Assembly (NCBI GenBank): GCA_951406725.2
Contig: OX597823.1
Location: forward strand, 65,410,001-65,474,000
DNA length: 64,000 nucleotides
Direction of reading: 5' to 3'
Source: Octopus vulgaris
Lineage: Eukaryota
Part shown: piece after piece, positions 15,509 to 27,605 of the stretch
Layout of the letters: each line of letters starts with the position of its first letter
Numbering within the stretch: the stretch's first letter is position 1
Notes under the pieces: model-generated
What the model saw: only the letters and a program-made list of their open reading frames with translations
Database searches by the model: none
What the model was told of the DNA's origin: nothing
Translations under genes and position numbers: made by a program

Positions 15509-17344
15509 GTGTGTGTATATATATATATGTATATACAGCACATGAATGCACATAAATGGCAACGTGAAACTATGAGTAGCAGTTTTGTGATGTTTTGCAG
15601 CTTTAATAAAAAAAAGTGCACATATGTGTGTGCATGAAGACATTGTTATTTGATGGTAAATTTGCTTTGAGGTTGTCGTGGTTTGCGCATTCATAATATT
15701 TTCGAGACAGGTGGTTGATCTTGATTTTTGTATCTAGCAACTTATTTCTCTCTGTTTCTACAAACATATGCATACTGATTAAGAATTAAAAAGTTAGAGA
15801 CATTTGAGAATTGAATTGTCAACGAGTTGTCAATTGTTAGCATAGCGTAGGTCAATGATCTAGTAGGTATATTGCGCAATGTGTTCTGTATTATGATTAT
15901 TATTGTTCATCTGAATTCTTATATGCTGTCCCTTTTTTCTTATTGTTTCATATTTCCTCAAATCGGTTAATATTCTGTTGCTGCAAAAACGTCTTTCAAT
16001 GCTATGTTGTTCCCGTATATTTTTGTTTTAAATATTCATATCACGGTAGAAATTTTTAGCATTTATTTGAAGTATACAATATGGTTGAAGAAGCGCAAGA
16101 ACAAAGAAATCAGCGAACTGGAGCCAGTAAAGTAACATGAAAGGAATAATTAAAACAGCATCACAGGAATAAGAAAAGCTGCAAATAGTATGAAATCACG
16201 AGAAAGAAGAATTTATACTCCATCTACAAAGAAATGTAAAGCTTCAAAGTAGCAGCAGAGTTGAAATGAATATTGAATGAACATGCTAAGCAAAACTGAC
16301 GTATGTATACTGGCAAAAAGTAATATTAACAAAAACACGAGCAGAAGCAGAAGAACAGTATGAAATAATTACGCTATGGAACATACCCTACATGAGTGAA
16401 ATATTATAACTCAAAAACTTGCAGATAGTAAGCTTTGGTTGACCAATATACATAAGATAATAGTGTTGGAACAAAATTTCGAGGGTTAATATTTCAAAGG
16501 TACGTTCCCAGAGGGTTCAGTTCATGGAATTTGCAAGCCTTCCGAGGTAAGAGGTATCGCTAAAATAAATTTTCTTCTTACACAAATGAATTTTAAATAT
16601 TACAAGGACTGGGACAGAGAGTGAGGGGGTTCAATTACATGCATAGCAGGGATTTTAGTTAGTGCCGAGTCTACATATTATGGCTGTATACACAATGTGT
16701 GTGACATGAAGCGTGAAACAGACACATGTGGATCACTTAGTTCCGGCCAGATGTAGCAATAGATCTACCAGCTCTCAGAAACTGAAGACACTGTAGTAGT
16801 GGTAGAAGGAGTTTGTGGACAGGAGTATGGAGTGAGATGGGTCTAACATCAGTAGGGTGGGCTTATTTTGGACGTAGTTTAGGATATCTGCGTGGTCTGT
16901 TGCAGTACTGTCTCTGATGTTGAAGTAGTTTGCATTATGATTCTCCAAATCATTAAGGTGTCTAAAGAGTTTTAAAAACTGTTGAGATGCTATATTTTTC
17001 ATACGAAAAAGGAATAGCAGCCTTTGTGATGCAGTTTCTTCTGAGTTTAGAACAAGATTTTGGATATAGGATTTTAGCACGTAGGTATATGTGATTATAG
17101 AGCGTTCTACTTATAATGTACGATCACTGTTTATTTTAAGCCATTTCAGACTAACGAGATACAGATTACCCAGTACTTGGTATGTAAGCTGGCTTTCAAG
17201 ACAAAGGATAAAATGAAGAAATGAAATGTCATACTTTGTCTCTAATCCAGTATTCACAGTCATCAAAAAGAACTACAACGATAATAATAACAGTTTGGAG
17301 GGGTGAAGCATAGTCCGCATCACCGATCCAAGTAATTATACAAC

Positions 17345-17478
17345 TTCTTTTTTATCGACCTCGAAAGGATAAGATGCAAAGATGACACCGGTTGGATTTC
17401 CATGCAGAATATAACAAATGGAAAATATCATATGACAATATTTCCGACGATCTAGCTATTGCATCAATGCACCGCCCT
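17345..17478 (-). mobile_element. Degenerate SINE family B
   Basis: ATCCTTTCGAGGTCGATAAAA matches 21538-21760. Confidence 0.55.
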
Positions 17479-17481
17479 ATG

Positions 17482-17541
<60 letters not shown>

Positions 17542-17543
17542 TT

Positions 17544-18078
17544 AAATGTGCTGATGCAGTGCCATGCAGCGGCTGTCATGGCCTCTGACCTTAACTGGTT
17601 GGAAGTGTTATCATGTACATTGTTTTCTCTTGGCATAAAAGATGGGTTACAGTAAATATTCTACTGAATACCACAGATTTACTTGTCAGTTGCTTGACCA
17701 TAACCAGTTGAGCATGTCCCTTAGTTGCTAACGTTATGTGCATCTCTGATAACGAGCAGAAGTAGTAGGGGAACGTTATAGCCGTGTGTTGAGAGGACTT
17801 TCTTGGGATTTGAATAATTCGCTTCTGGAAACATAGATATTTCGCTCAACATCCTTTAACCAGTCTTATTCAGGGACCTTTTGAGCGGCATGGACTACTC
17901 AACATGAAGAAAATTCTAACTGGGCCCCACCTGCAAGGTCATGTGCTCTATATCTCGATATGAGATCACCGTGTCACGCACACATAGTTGTGATGCATGT
18001 GTCTGGTATGTCCTTATTAGACAACTTTGTATATTTTACCCCAGTGTCATTTTGATGTTATGCACTGCACTCTCACTC
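17544..18078 (+). mobile_element. ~560-bp (TAA)n-associated element, diverged full copy
   Basis: Reverse complement of 6108-6664, flanked by (TAA)n on the + strand. Confidence 0.85.
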
Positions 18079-18118
18079 AATAACAATAGCAATAATAATA
18101 ATAATAATAATAATAATG

Positions 18119-18150
<32 letters not shown>

Positions 18151-18264
18151 TTCTATTATAGGCACAAAGCCTGAAATTTGATGGCTGGGAACTAGTTCGT
18201 ACCGCACATTAGCTTACTGTCTCCACCAAATCAACGTTGTCTGATCAGATACCAGGCGTACTCC

Positions 18265-18402
18265 ACGTCAAGTGTCGAAGTGAACGCAGAGCAACGTGAG
18301 ATGAAATATTTTGCTCAAGAACACAACGCACTACCAGGTCTAGGAATTGAAATCACATTCACCAGATCGTGAGTGCAACAACTTAACCACTAAGCCATGC
18401 GC
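18265..18402 (-). mobile_element. tRNA-derived SINE head related to 31384-31626
   Basis: TGGCTTAGTGG A box, TTTCAATTCC B-box-like, GTGTTCTTGAGCAA. Confidence 0.6.
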
Positions 18403-18775
18403 GATGATAATAATAATGATGATGATGAACATAAGAACGGCAGCAAGAACAAAAACAACATCAATAATAATGTATGTTGAGGAGGATGATGACGTTGATA
18501 ATGATGGTGGTAGTGGTGGTGGTGGTGGTGGTGGATGTGATGATGACGAAGACGATGGTTATGATGGTGATTATGAATAAACTGAAAATAATAGCTGAGG
18601 AAGAAACACAACATGACTACTCCTCAAAAATTTTTTTTTTTAAATGAACTTATAGAAATGGAAATCTAAAGGAGCTTAGAAACACATGTTCCAAGATTCA
18701 CTAATGCATACAGCTCAGGAAATAAGAGAGGAACATAGTCGTGTGGTAAAAACTTGCACGTAAATTATTTGAAAC

Positions 18776-18887
18776 GTGATGATGATGATGACGATGACGA
18801 GAAGGAGGAGGAGGAGGAAGAAGAAGAAGAAGAAGAAGAAGGAGGAGGAAGAAGAAGAAGAAGAAGAAGAAGAAGAAGAAGAAGAAG

Positions 18888-18918
<31 letters not shown>

Positions 18919-19067
18919 GAATGATGATGATGATGACAATGATGATATATTTTTTTTTTATTAATTTCTAACAATTACAAAAATAAATGGTAAATTGACA
19001 ACTCCATGCTTAGATGAAGTTGCTGACACATTATTATCTACTGCCGCTACTGCTACCCCACTTCCCC

Positions 19068-19102
<35 letters not shown>

Positions 19103-19120
19103 CTCCTCCTCCTCCTCCTC

Positions 19121-19203
<83 letters not shown>
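18776..19203. repeat. Compound (GAT)(GAG)(GAA)n ... (CCT)(CTA)n microsatellites
   Basis: Direct reading. Confidence 0.9.
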
Positions 19204-19204
<1 letters not shown>

Positions 19205-19623
19205 GGGGTAGCGGTATTGCCACGTCATTTAAGAATGAATAAGCATGCTCCTACGCTGCATATCTGGAAAATAAGTTTTAATGAATTCCCCCTCCAGATC
19301 TACTTTCAAATCTAGCAAAACTTCTATTTTGTATAAACAGTAGGTTTTGATCATGCTAGAAAAGGAAAATGTATTGATTGTGTTATGTTGTGAATCAAAA
19401 GATGTGAATAACGAAAGATAACGAAAGCTTAGAATAATAGGTTACTTTACAGGAAGTCTAAATTTGCAATAGCAAAATCGAGTGAAGTTGCGCTAGATGT
19501 ATATTGAAATTACTTGAAAAAGAAAACGTTGCATATGTATGTGTATGAGTGTGTGTATGCCGCTATGTGTGTCTGGATTTGTGTGTGTGTGTATGTATGT
19601 ATGTATGTATGTATGTATGTATG

Positions 19624-19659
<36 letters not shown>

Positions 19660-19836
19660 TATATATATATATGGGTGTGTGTGATTGTGTATAGAAGAAT
19701 ATATTAATAAAAAGAATTCCAACCTTGTCTGATTTTCACGTTTTATTTACAATCTTATAATGATATATTATAAGATAATATATTATAATTGAATAAAATA
19801 AAATGAAATAGTAGAATGTTAAATATTCATTCTGAT

Positions 19837-19881
19837 TGAACTAGTACTTTCATGCATTGAATTCTGCAATCTTCGGGTTCA
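19837..19881 (-). ncRNA. Minimal hammerhead ribozyme motif, CCGAAGA core variant
   Basis: TGAAC-CCGAAGA-T-TGCA gaattcaa TGCA-T-GAAA-GTAC-TA-GTTCA; perfect 5-bp stem I, palindromic stem III. Confidence 0.75.
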
Positions 19882-20375
19882 TGTAGTAGTGTTGACAGTC
19901 ATGCTTCACAATTTTTGACTGTAGCAAGATGAGTGATTCTGTGCTATAAATACAGCTGGGTAGGCTCCAGAGTGCTAGGTTTTGCAAACTGTATTCTGAC
20001 CAATCAGTGTGTAGTATCACTCAATTACTTAAGCTGATTGGTTGGTTGAGCTGATTGGTTTAGGCATCACGCTTTGTTGGACAGGTCAAGAGTCCTGTAT
20101 CTTGACCCTGGCCGAAGCAGCAATTGTTGGGTTATTTTTAGAAATGTTGTAAATATCCTTTGTCAGAGATTTTTATATTTTTATATTTCAATTGTCATCA
20201 TCATCATTGTCAGCACCTTAATTATTGTTGCTAGTGGTGATGGTGGTGGCAATAGAACTTTTAACCCTAAATAAGACAATTTTCCTGCTATCTTCGTCTT
20301 GATCACCTTTAGTATTGTTGTTGTTGTTAGTGGTCATGGTCATAGCAGTGGAAGTAATACCTCTAAGTATTATTA

Positions 20376-21035
20376 TTATTGCTTATTTAGCTTGGGTTCG
20401 AATTTATCAATAAAATTCTTTTCTCTGATTTTCCTCTCGATTTCACTTGGGCTGTGTAATTTGTAGAATGGAAATATTATATATATTTTCCGACCACATG
20501 TTGCTAGGTGGTTACTCAAAGGTATCTGACGGACCTCTGGGTCTCTAATCTGTTGACGGTGTACACGTGAGCGTTCTAATAGTGCGTTTCCCGTCTGACC
20601 TACATATATTTCTTCACAATTTGGGCATTTGATGCAGTAAATTAAATTTCTGCTTTTGCAGTTCATATTCGCGTTTGTGAATATTTTCCCGGTTTTTGTG
20701 TTTATATATTGACCGGTATGTATGAATTGGCATGTGCCACATCGGCTATCATTGCATTTAGATACCGTGAATGTTTGGTCTTTGTTGCTGAGGTCAAATT
20801 TTGCCTTTGTTAGTAATGTTTTCAAGTTTTTAGGCTGTCTTTTACTAAGCACCATAGCTCGATCCTTGATTATGTCTTTTAATTCATTACTTTGGGCAAT
20901 GATTGGTAGGTTTGCTTTGGCAATGTTGAAGATATTCTGGTGACATGGGTTGTGTGTCACTATGAATGGTATGACTTGTTCTTGTTTTCCTCTTCCTTGG
21001 GTTGTCCTAAGTTGTTGTAGCCCGCTGTATGCCAT
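20376..21035 (-). CDS. C-terminal PLE ORF fragment: Cys linker + GIY-YIG endonuclease
   Basis: KCNDSRCGTC, CKSRNLIYCIKCPNCEEIYVGQT, RVHRQQI, H...E.NFIDKFEPKLN; uninterrupted ~219 codons. Confidence 0.9.
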   Translation of the reverse strand: MAYSGLQQLRTTQGRGKQEQVIPFIVTHNPCHQNIFNIAKANLPIIAQSNELKDIIKDRAMVLSKRQPKNLKTLLTKAKFDLSNKDQTFTVSKCNDSRCGTCQFIHTGQYINTKTGKIFTNANMNCKSRNLIYCIKCPNCEEIYVGQTGNALLERSRVHRQQIRDPEVRQIPLSNHLATCGRKIYIIFPFYKLHSPSEIERKIREKNFIDKFEPKLNKQ

Positions 21036-21056
21036 TTTCTATAAATGTATGCCATT

Positions 21057-21101
<45 letters not shown>

Positions 21102-21537
21102 AACACAAACACACATACACAATAGAAAATATCTTCTTTACACGCTAAATTTGAAAACAAACATCAGGTAAGTTCTGACAGATTTAACGTTAGTCACTAT
21201 TATGCTCTATCATCATACGAAAACAGGTAATGTGTTTTGCATATGTGTTGTATGTTTTTTTTAAAGTTGTTATAGATATGTGTCATCAGTAATACGAATA
21301 TATATTACAATATGTTTAGATTATATATGCACGCACAAATATATGCACTTTACTGATGGGAATTTCATGAATGCTTCATACTTCACCTATATATATATTC
21401 TATGATATTGTGTCGGGAAAGAATTCGAATTCCTTGACGAGTGGTCAACATTGAAGAAGAATTTAAGCCAGGAGACTTTCGCATTATCACAAACACATAC
21501 GAACGTGCTCACGTTCGTATTATAAGGCTGCCTATAA

Positions 21538-21760
21538 AGGCGGCTAGCTGGTAGGATCTTTAACACACCGGGTAAACTACAAAAATACTTAACGGCATTT
21601 CGTCCGTTCTCACGTACTGAGTTCAAATTCCGCCGAGGTCGACTTTCCCTCTCATCCTTTCGGGGTCGATAAAATTTGTAAAATCAACACTAAGGTCGAT
21701 ATAATCGACATATAACAAACCCCCAAATTTGCTGCCCTTGTGGGAAAATTTGAAACCAAT
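21538..21760 (+). mobile_element. tRNA-headed SINE family B (Meta-domain-like core)
   Basis: B box GAGTTCAAATTCC then CTCATCCTTTCGGGGTCGATAAAA. Confidence 0.75.
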
Positions 21761-22081
21761 ATTAGGCTGCCTTGTATTTAAATTTCCATCATTCTGATAA
21801 ATGCTGTATCGAGACGAAAAAATATAATTCTATTGATGATGGACGTTCAAAGATACAAATATTCGAATTAAACAAATCGCAAAGAGTGAAAGTGTAATTT
21901 GTACCGTTTTTTTTTTATATATAGGAAAGTTACTGTGTGTTTCCGGATAGAAGCCACATATGTCTTCTCGTGTGAAGGGACAGCAAACTGTGAACGATAA
22001 GTTAGGAGACCACCATTTTTCTCTGTTGATCAAAAGCGTAGAGGCAACATTTAGATTGTTATTTATTCATAGTTGCATATT

Positions 22082-22183
<102 letters not shown>

Positions 22184-22222
22184 CAAAGCGGTAAAACGAA
22201 ACATTTATTAGGAGTTACACGC

Positions 22223-22384
22223 ATTATTCAAAATAGTCTGACTCGGATTCCGTGCTACCAAGTTTCGTAGGCCCCTGCCATAGCCTGTCTCCACAGGCTC
22301 GTGGATATTCAGGAGAGGGGGTGCGTTAGGGACATGCGAAACTTGGTATAGCATGGAATCCGAGTTAAACTGTTTTGAATAATA
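22223..22384. repeat. ~55-bp inverted repeat (fold-back), probably PLE-derived
   Basis: ACTCGGATTCCGTGCTACCAAGTTTCG / CGAAACTTGGTATAGCATGGAATCCGAGT. Confidence 0.75.
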
Positions 22385-22421
22385 ATTTCTGAAACAGATT
22401 TAAGATCACAATCCGTTTGAA

Positions 22422-22523
22422 AGCACGGTGATCTCATATCGAGATATAAAGCACGTGACCTTGCGGGTGGGGCCCAGTTAGAATTTTCTTCATGTCGAGT
22501 AGTCCATGCCGCACAAAAGGTCC

Positions 22524-22526
<3 letters not shown>
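22422..22526 (-). mobile_element. Internal fragment of the ~560-bp element
   Basis: GGTGATCTCATATC...GGGCCCAGTTAGAATTTTCTTC...AAAAGGTCCCTGA. Confidence 0.8.
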
Positions 22527-22579
<53 letters not shown>

Positions 22580-22580
<1 letters not shown>

Positions 22581-23720
22581 AATTTATTAATATACTATAC
22601 CTATTTCAGCAAGTTTCTGTTTTCCAATAGTAAATGAAAAGTGTTTAGAAGACGTTGAATGTACAAAAGAAAATGTGGAAAAACTTGCTCAAAATATCAA
22701 ATATCCATACATCTTCTAATATTCAATAAATTTTTAAGAGATAGGCAATAATAAAAGCTAAAACGTTCGTTGAATTTCATAGCAATCATAAATATTTGAA
22801 AGTTCATTACAATGAGTTATATCAAAAATTAGATACGAAGAAATTTCAAATAAGTTAACAAAAAGAAAAACAAGGAAGAGAACAGACATATTTAAATTTT
22901 CTGTCGTAGTGTATGAAGGAGCATTTTTTTTCACTGGTCTTGCTGCTGCGAGCTTGAACTGTGTTTTGGCTGAAATACCTTTGTAAATAGAGTTTTATAA
23001 GATATAAGTTCAAGTTCTGATTGGTTATATTCTTGATATCACCACTTATTTTTGTCCGCCTATGGTTGGCTGAGTGCCTGAATTTTGGTTACTTTTTATC
23101 AGATGTACTCATATATGTTGGTTTGGCAGTAGTCCAGCGCTCTGGTTGTTTGACTTCCCGGTGACGTAATTTGTTTATCGACTATTATTTTCCTGCATAC
23201 GTCATTTGTTTGACAAAGGCATTGCTAACTTGTTTTCGTCTGACAGTCATCAAGGGGTCTGGTTGTTTGATTCCTTTATGAAGTCAGTTGTCTCGGTCAG
23301 CTGATGTTTATTTTAATCCCGAATGTCCGATTTTTACCAGTAAGAAATCTAATTGGTTAAGCCTAGTGTGACGTCAACAAATAATGCTGAGAACGTGTTA
23401 GGTGTAATTATACAATAGTTTGATGTTAAGGCTTCGAATTCCCGAGGAAACCCATAAATTGAAATTTTTATTTCCTTTTTTTTTCTAGTCGTTCTTAGTG
23501 AGTGAATTGAATTTTCTCTTTCAAGTATGTTATAGAATATTTAGTCGTGGTTTATATTTCTTAATAAACCTATTTTCCGTTTCGGAATTGGTGTGAAGTG
23601 TTTCTAATGCATTGGTATATACGGAAATCTTGGTACATTTGTCGTTTTTTTCGGCAATCTTTACATACTAATATAACGTGCGTATATTCAAGAACGCCAC
23701 AATACTGCAGCATTCATCTT
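22580..23720 (-). mobile_element. Old PLE 3' end (GIY-YIG C-terminus + 3' region)
   Basis: Minus strand ...YQCIRN/ENRFIKKYKPRLNIL* at ~23620-23533, paralleling the end of the 20376-21035 ORF; CCAAT/TGACGT motifs downstream. Confidence 0.55.
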
Positions 23721-26700
23721 AGAAAAGCATCTAGTAGTAATATATATAGTGTTAAAAATCACAGAATTATCAACAGTGGACAAAATATATCCGACACCTG
23801 CAGTAAAGCTGTAAATTCATGAGATTTAAAAGCATATAAAGATCGCTGCTCCGAACTAATACCGTTTCCCGCTAATAACTAAGTTTTGCCTAGCAGGAGG
23901 CTATTATGTCATTAGTCACTGTTTTTATGTATACCAGATCGGATGAAGATTGAAGAGTATACTGTGAGAGTGGATACCAACAGATGATGAAGGGAAATCA
24001 CGCAAAAATCATTTGATTCAGCAATTCCCTCCCGCCGGGATGGGCATTGTTTGTTCGCGGCTAATAACAGCATTAAATGTACATCCGAGATACTTTACTT
24101 TATGAAGACGAATACTAAAATATTGCGGCGTTCTTGAGGTATACCTACGCAAAGTAGGATATAAGATTGCTATCTGTCACCAATATTGCTTCTGTTGCAA
24201 ATAACTAATATAAGCATACACTTCTACAAGATAAAGGTGGCGAGTGATTTTGAATTTTCGATCAGTCTGATTAAAACGAGCAAATCTGAACGTCAAAGTT
24301 AGTCTCCATCTTTTCCCCGCAAACATTAATACATATGTATTTTAAGTATTGCGTTATCCTTTAGTCAATTATGAAAACGTTTAGAATTTGACATGAAAAT
24401 CCAATGCTATCATAATGGTGCTTGAGTGTGTGTGTGTATGTGTGTATATCTTTTTATGCATGTAATTTAAACATATTTGTGCACATGCATATATTTAGGC
24501 ATATGTTTGATTGCGTGATTGTGTATAGGATTGTGCGCCTGTCATTTCATTTTTCCGTTGTAAAATGTTGATCAGTCTCCACTTGAATTCGTTTGTTGAG
24601 ACATCGAGTAAAATTGCTTCATTGACAAAAGATGTATTTCTATTATAAAGCTACCTAGAAATTTATTTGAAACAAGAGGAGATAAATACATGACATGAAA
24701 TAAGACAAATAAAACCAATAAAAAGTAGAACCTGAGAGGTTAATAGAGGTAAATAACAAAGTTGAATGATAGGTCAAACGACGATGGTACGTATTTAAAA
24801 ACCATCATATGGATGCTCAGAATGTGAGTGATTTTACCAGCAAGAAAAGGAAAAGGGGTAATAGATTAACTGTATTAGTTATTTTTGTGGAAAAGAACTC
24901 AAATTCATAATTGTTTACAATAAATCTTTTTAAGCGCTAGTGAATCCCATTTAGTTTTGTGTGTGTTTTGTTCAGTTTTAAGACAGGATATTGGTTTTTA
25001 CCAATTTACTGTAATTTTAATAGTCCGAAGACTGACAAGTCTTTTATTTTATAGTTCTATACCAAAAGTTAGAAAAATATCGATTTTACTTCATATAATG
25101 CTGTATCTGTGTTTTTCACAAAACGTTAGCTAAGTTTGTTAAATATACTTTTAATGGAACTTATCTCCTACTTAGGTATAACATTTGCTACATTACTTTG
25201 CTTTAGCACTGCAAAAGCGTAGAATATGCATTATGATAAAAATGCGATTCTGTTAATTCAATGAATATATACTCAGTGACTGCAATCTGACTATTTTAAG
25301 GAAACGATAAAAACCGTCGTGATTCATATCAAATATATTAGTTACCCACGTAGAATCTTAAATCAATATGTAGCAAAACGTAATTCAGAATACCTGAAAT
25401 TATGTGAATTATTTTGATAATTCCCTCGTTGTATATATGATAGCTTACGTTGACGATATTGCAAAAGATATGAAATAAATCTCGCATCCTCTTGAAGAGA
25501 AAAATAATTTAAATCATTTTATATTTCGAGTAAAATTGCCTCCTCATTGACAGAGATATATTTCTATTATAAAGCTACCTAGAAACTTGAACCTATGTTG
25601 TTATATATGACTGAAGTGTAACAAGGTATAACAATAACAACCGTTATTGGCTGGCTCGGTATGTATGTACTTCATTCGTAAACAGCAATTGGGGAATAAA
25701 TATATTTAAGTGAACTTTTATTCTTTTGAGACCACTTCTGCACCTTCTAGTTAATTTAGTTCTTGTCGAAATTAAATGTGGCTAAGTTAATTGAATATGA
25801 CTAGTGTTCCAATATTGTTTGAGATATAATAAAACATTTATTAGATAAATAAACTTACAATAAAGTATGTTTTCAAACACTGAAAGTTAATCAGATTCTA
25901 AGAAGTATGGCTCCCTTATTTCTTTATTAATTTTGTTCTAGAATACTTATTATAAGTTTTGCGAAAGAGTATTTTAATTATGCTAACCTAATAAATATCA
26001 TTGTGTTTTGGGAGCGTCATTACGCCAATGATGATAGTGCACGCATTGGTTTAATATCACTTATTTTTATTCTTAGTCAACTGATTAAATATCTAAGCAA
26101 CTAACTAATAGATCGTGTGGTTAATGTGCTGGTTGAAAAGTCAATCGGTTGTCTATGTGTAAAAGTCCATTCATCGCTATTCGCGAATTCATCAACTAAG
26201 TGCCGTCTCTCTTCACGACCTGCCTTCAGTCTATCTGAGAAATAGTCTTATACCTGTGTTTAAGTATGCCTGTATGTGTGTATGTAGATGTGTCGTTGCT
26301 TACAAGAAAACGTAACGTTGAGAGCAAAGGAAGAGCTTATATGTGTATGTGCGTGTGCATGCGCGTGCAGATTCGTGTGGCTGTGTATATACCCTCACGT
26401 GACTGCCTATATGCGTGTTTGTGCGTTTATACAAGTGTGCATTAGGCATACCTGACCTCTTTAAGGGTTTGGACTTTTGTTTGAGGTCAGCTCAATCTCA
26501 GATCTGCTGAGATTTGCCTGTCATCCCGGAAAGATTTATGGCTGTAGTGCTTTATAAGGAAGGGGAAAGGTGTGTGTGTGTGTGTGCGTGTGCACGCGCG
26601 TATGTGCATTTGTGTTATTGAGGTGATTCTTTGAGTGAGTGTCTATATTCATATGTGTGTCCATGTGTGAATATGTGAGCGTTTGCTGATGTGTGTGAAT

Positions 26701-27096
26701 TCCAGTGCGTGTATGTGTGCGTCTGTATGTCCGAATGATGTAGCAGGTTTTTTGAATAGGTAAGTGCCTGTGTGTAAGTATGTGTATTGGGCATGTGTCC
26801 CTGTGTACATGTGTGTATATTTGTTTGCATATATACGCGTGCGCTTGCACGTCTTCGTGTATGTATGTCTGGTGTGTGAGCGTGAATATGTCGGTAGTTG
26901 CGGGTTTTTTTTTGCGTTCCCTGTTATTTTAAATCAAAATGTACAGTTAAGGTGTTAAGGCTTCGTAAAACATCGAAAAGATAGAATTGTACTAACAGGA
27001 ATGCCATGAAAATGATTACGTGGAGTAAAAATAGTAAAATATTAAGCTTTGTGAGTGGATTTGGTAGAGGAGTTACTGAAACAAGCCTTTCGTGTG

Positions 27097-27138
<42 letters not shown>

Positions 27139-27148
27139 AGAGAGAGGT

Positions 27149-27385
27149 ATACTAGCCATCTCAATATAGCTAACCACTAAGGGTGAGTGTTACTGTAGAT
27201 TGTAGCCCCAGGAGAACATCGTCTAGCTGGCTTTAGGCACACTTTCTGTGCCCTTATGGTATTTGCAAAGGGAGGTCATCCCTCCTTCGTCAACCTAAGT
27301 GATACGCACGGACTGCAGTTTCTAGGTATTGACCTGTCGTCGGCGTACGACAATCACCGGTTTTCGATGAAGGGAAACGCAATAC
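27149..27385 (-). mobile_element. Short non-autonomous PLE-like / retrozyme-like unit
   Basis: ~235 bp between dinucleotide repeats; contains a well-paired hammerhead; similar to 900-1103. Confidence 0.7.
27299..27357 (-). ncRNA. Minimal hammerhead ribozyme motif, CCGACGA core variant, GUC site
   Basis: GTGAT.tgt.CGTACG-CCGACGA-C-AGGT caat ACCT-A-GAAA-CTGCAG-TC-CGTGCG.t.ATCAC. Confidence 0.8.
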
Positions 27386-27386
27386 A

Positions 27387-27457
<71 letters not shown>

Positions 27458-27458
27458 A

Positions 27459-27499
<41 letters not shown>

Positions 27500-27530
27500 C
27501 TATCTATCTATCTATCTATATCTATCTATC

Positions 27531-27605
<75 letters not shown>

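Larger units (their letters stand above)
19690..21060 (-). mobile_element. 5'-truncated Penelope-like element (Neptune-type linker) with 3' pLTR region
   Basis: GIY-YIG ORF, CCAAT-rich 3' region and hammerhead; both ends at (TA)n-type repeats. Confidence 0.85.

Noticed and set aside
16775-17080. 101-aa minus-strand ORF
   Set aside because: No recognisable motif or splice context; possibly a TE relic
21225-21300. Minus-strand CTGATGA with a stem II-like CATAT/ATATG
   Set aside because: GAAA absent and stem I does not pair; too decayed to call
26450-26545. AGGTCA half-sites, small hairpin, TATA-like motif
   Set aside because: Short motifs expected by chance; no supporting gene
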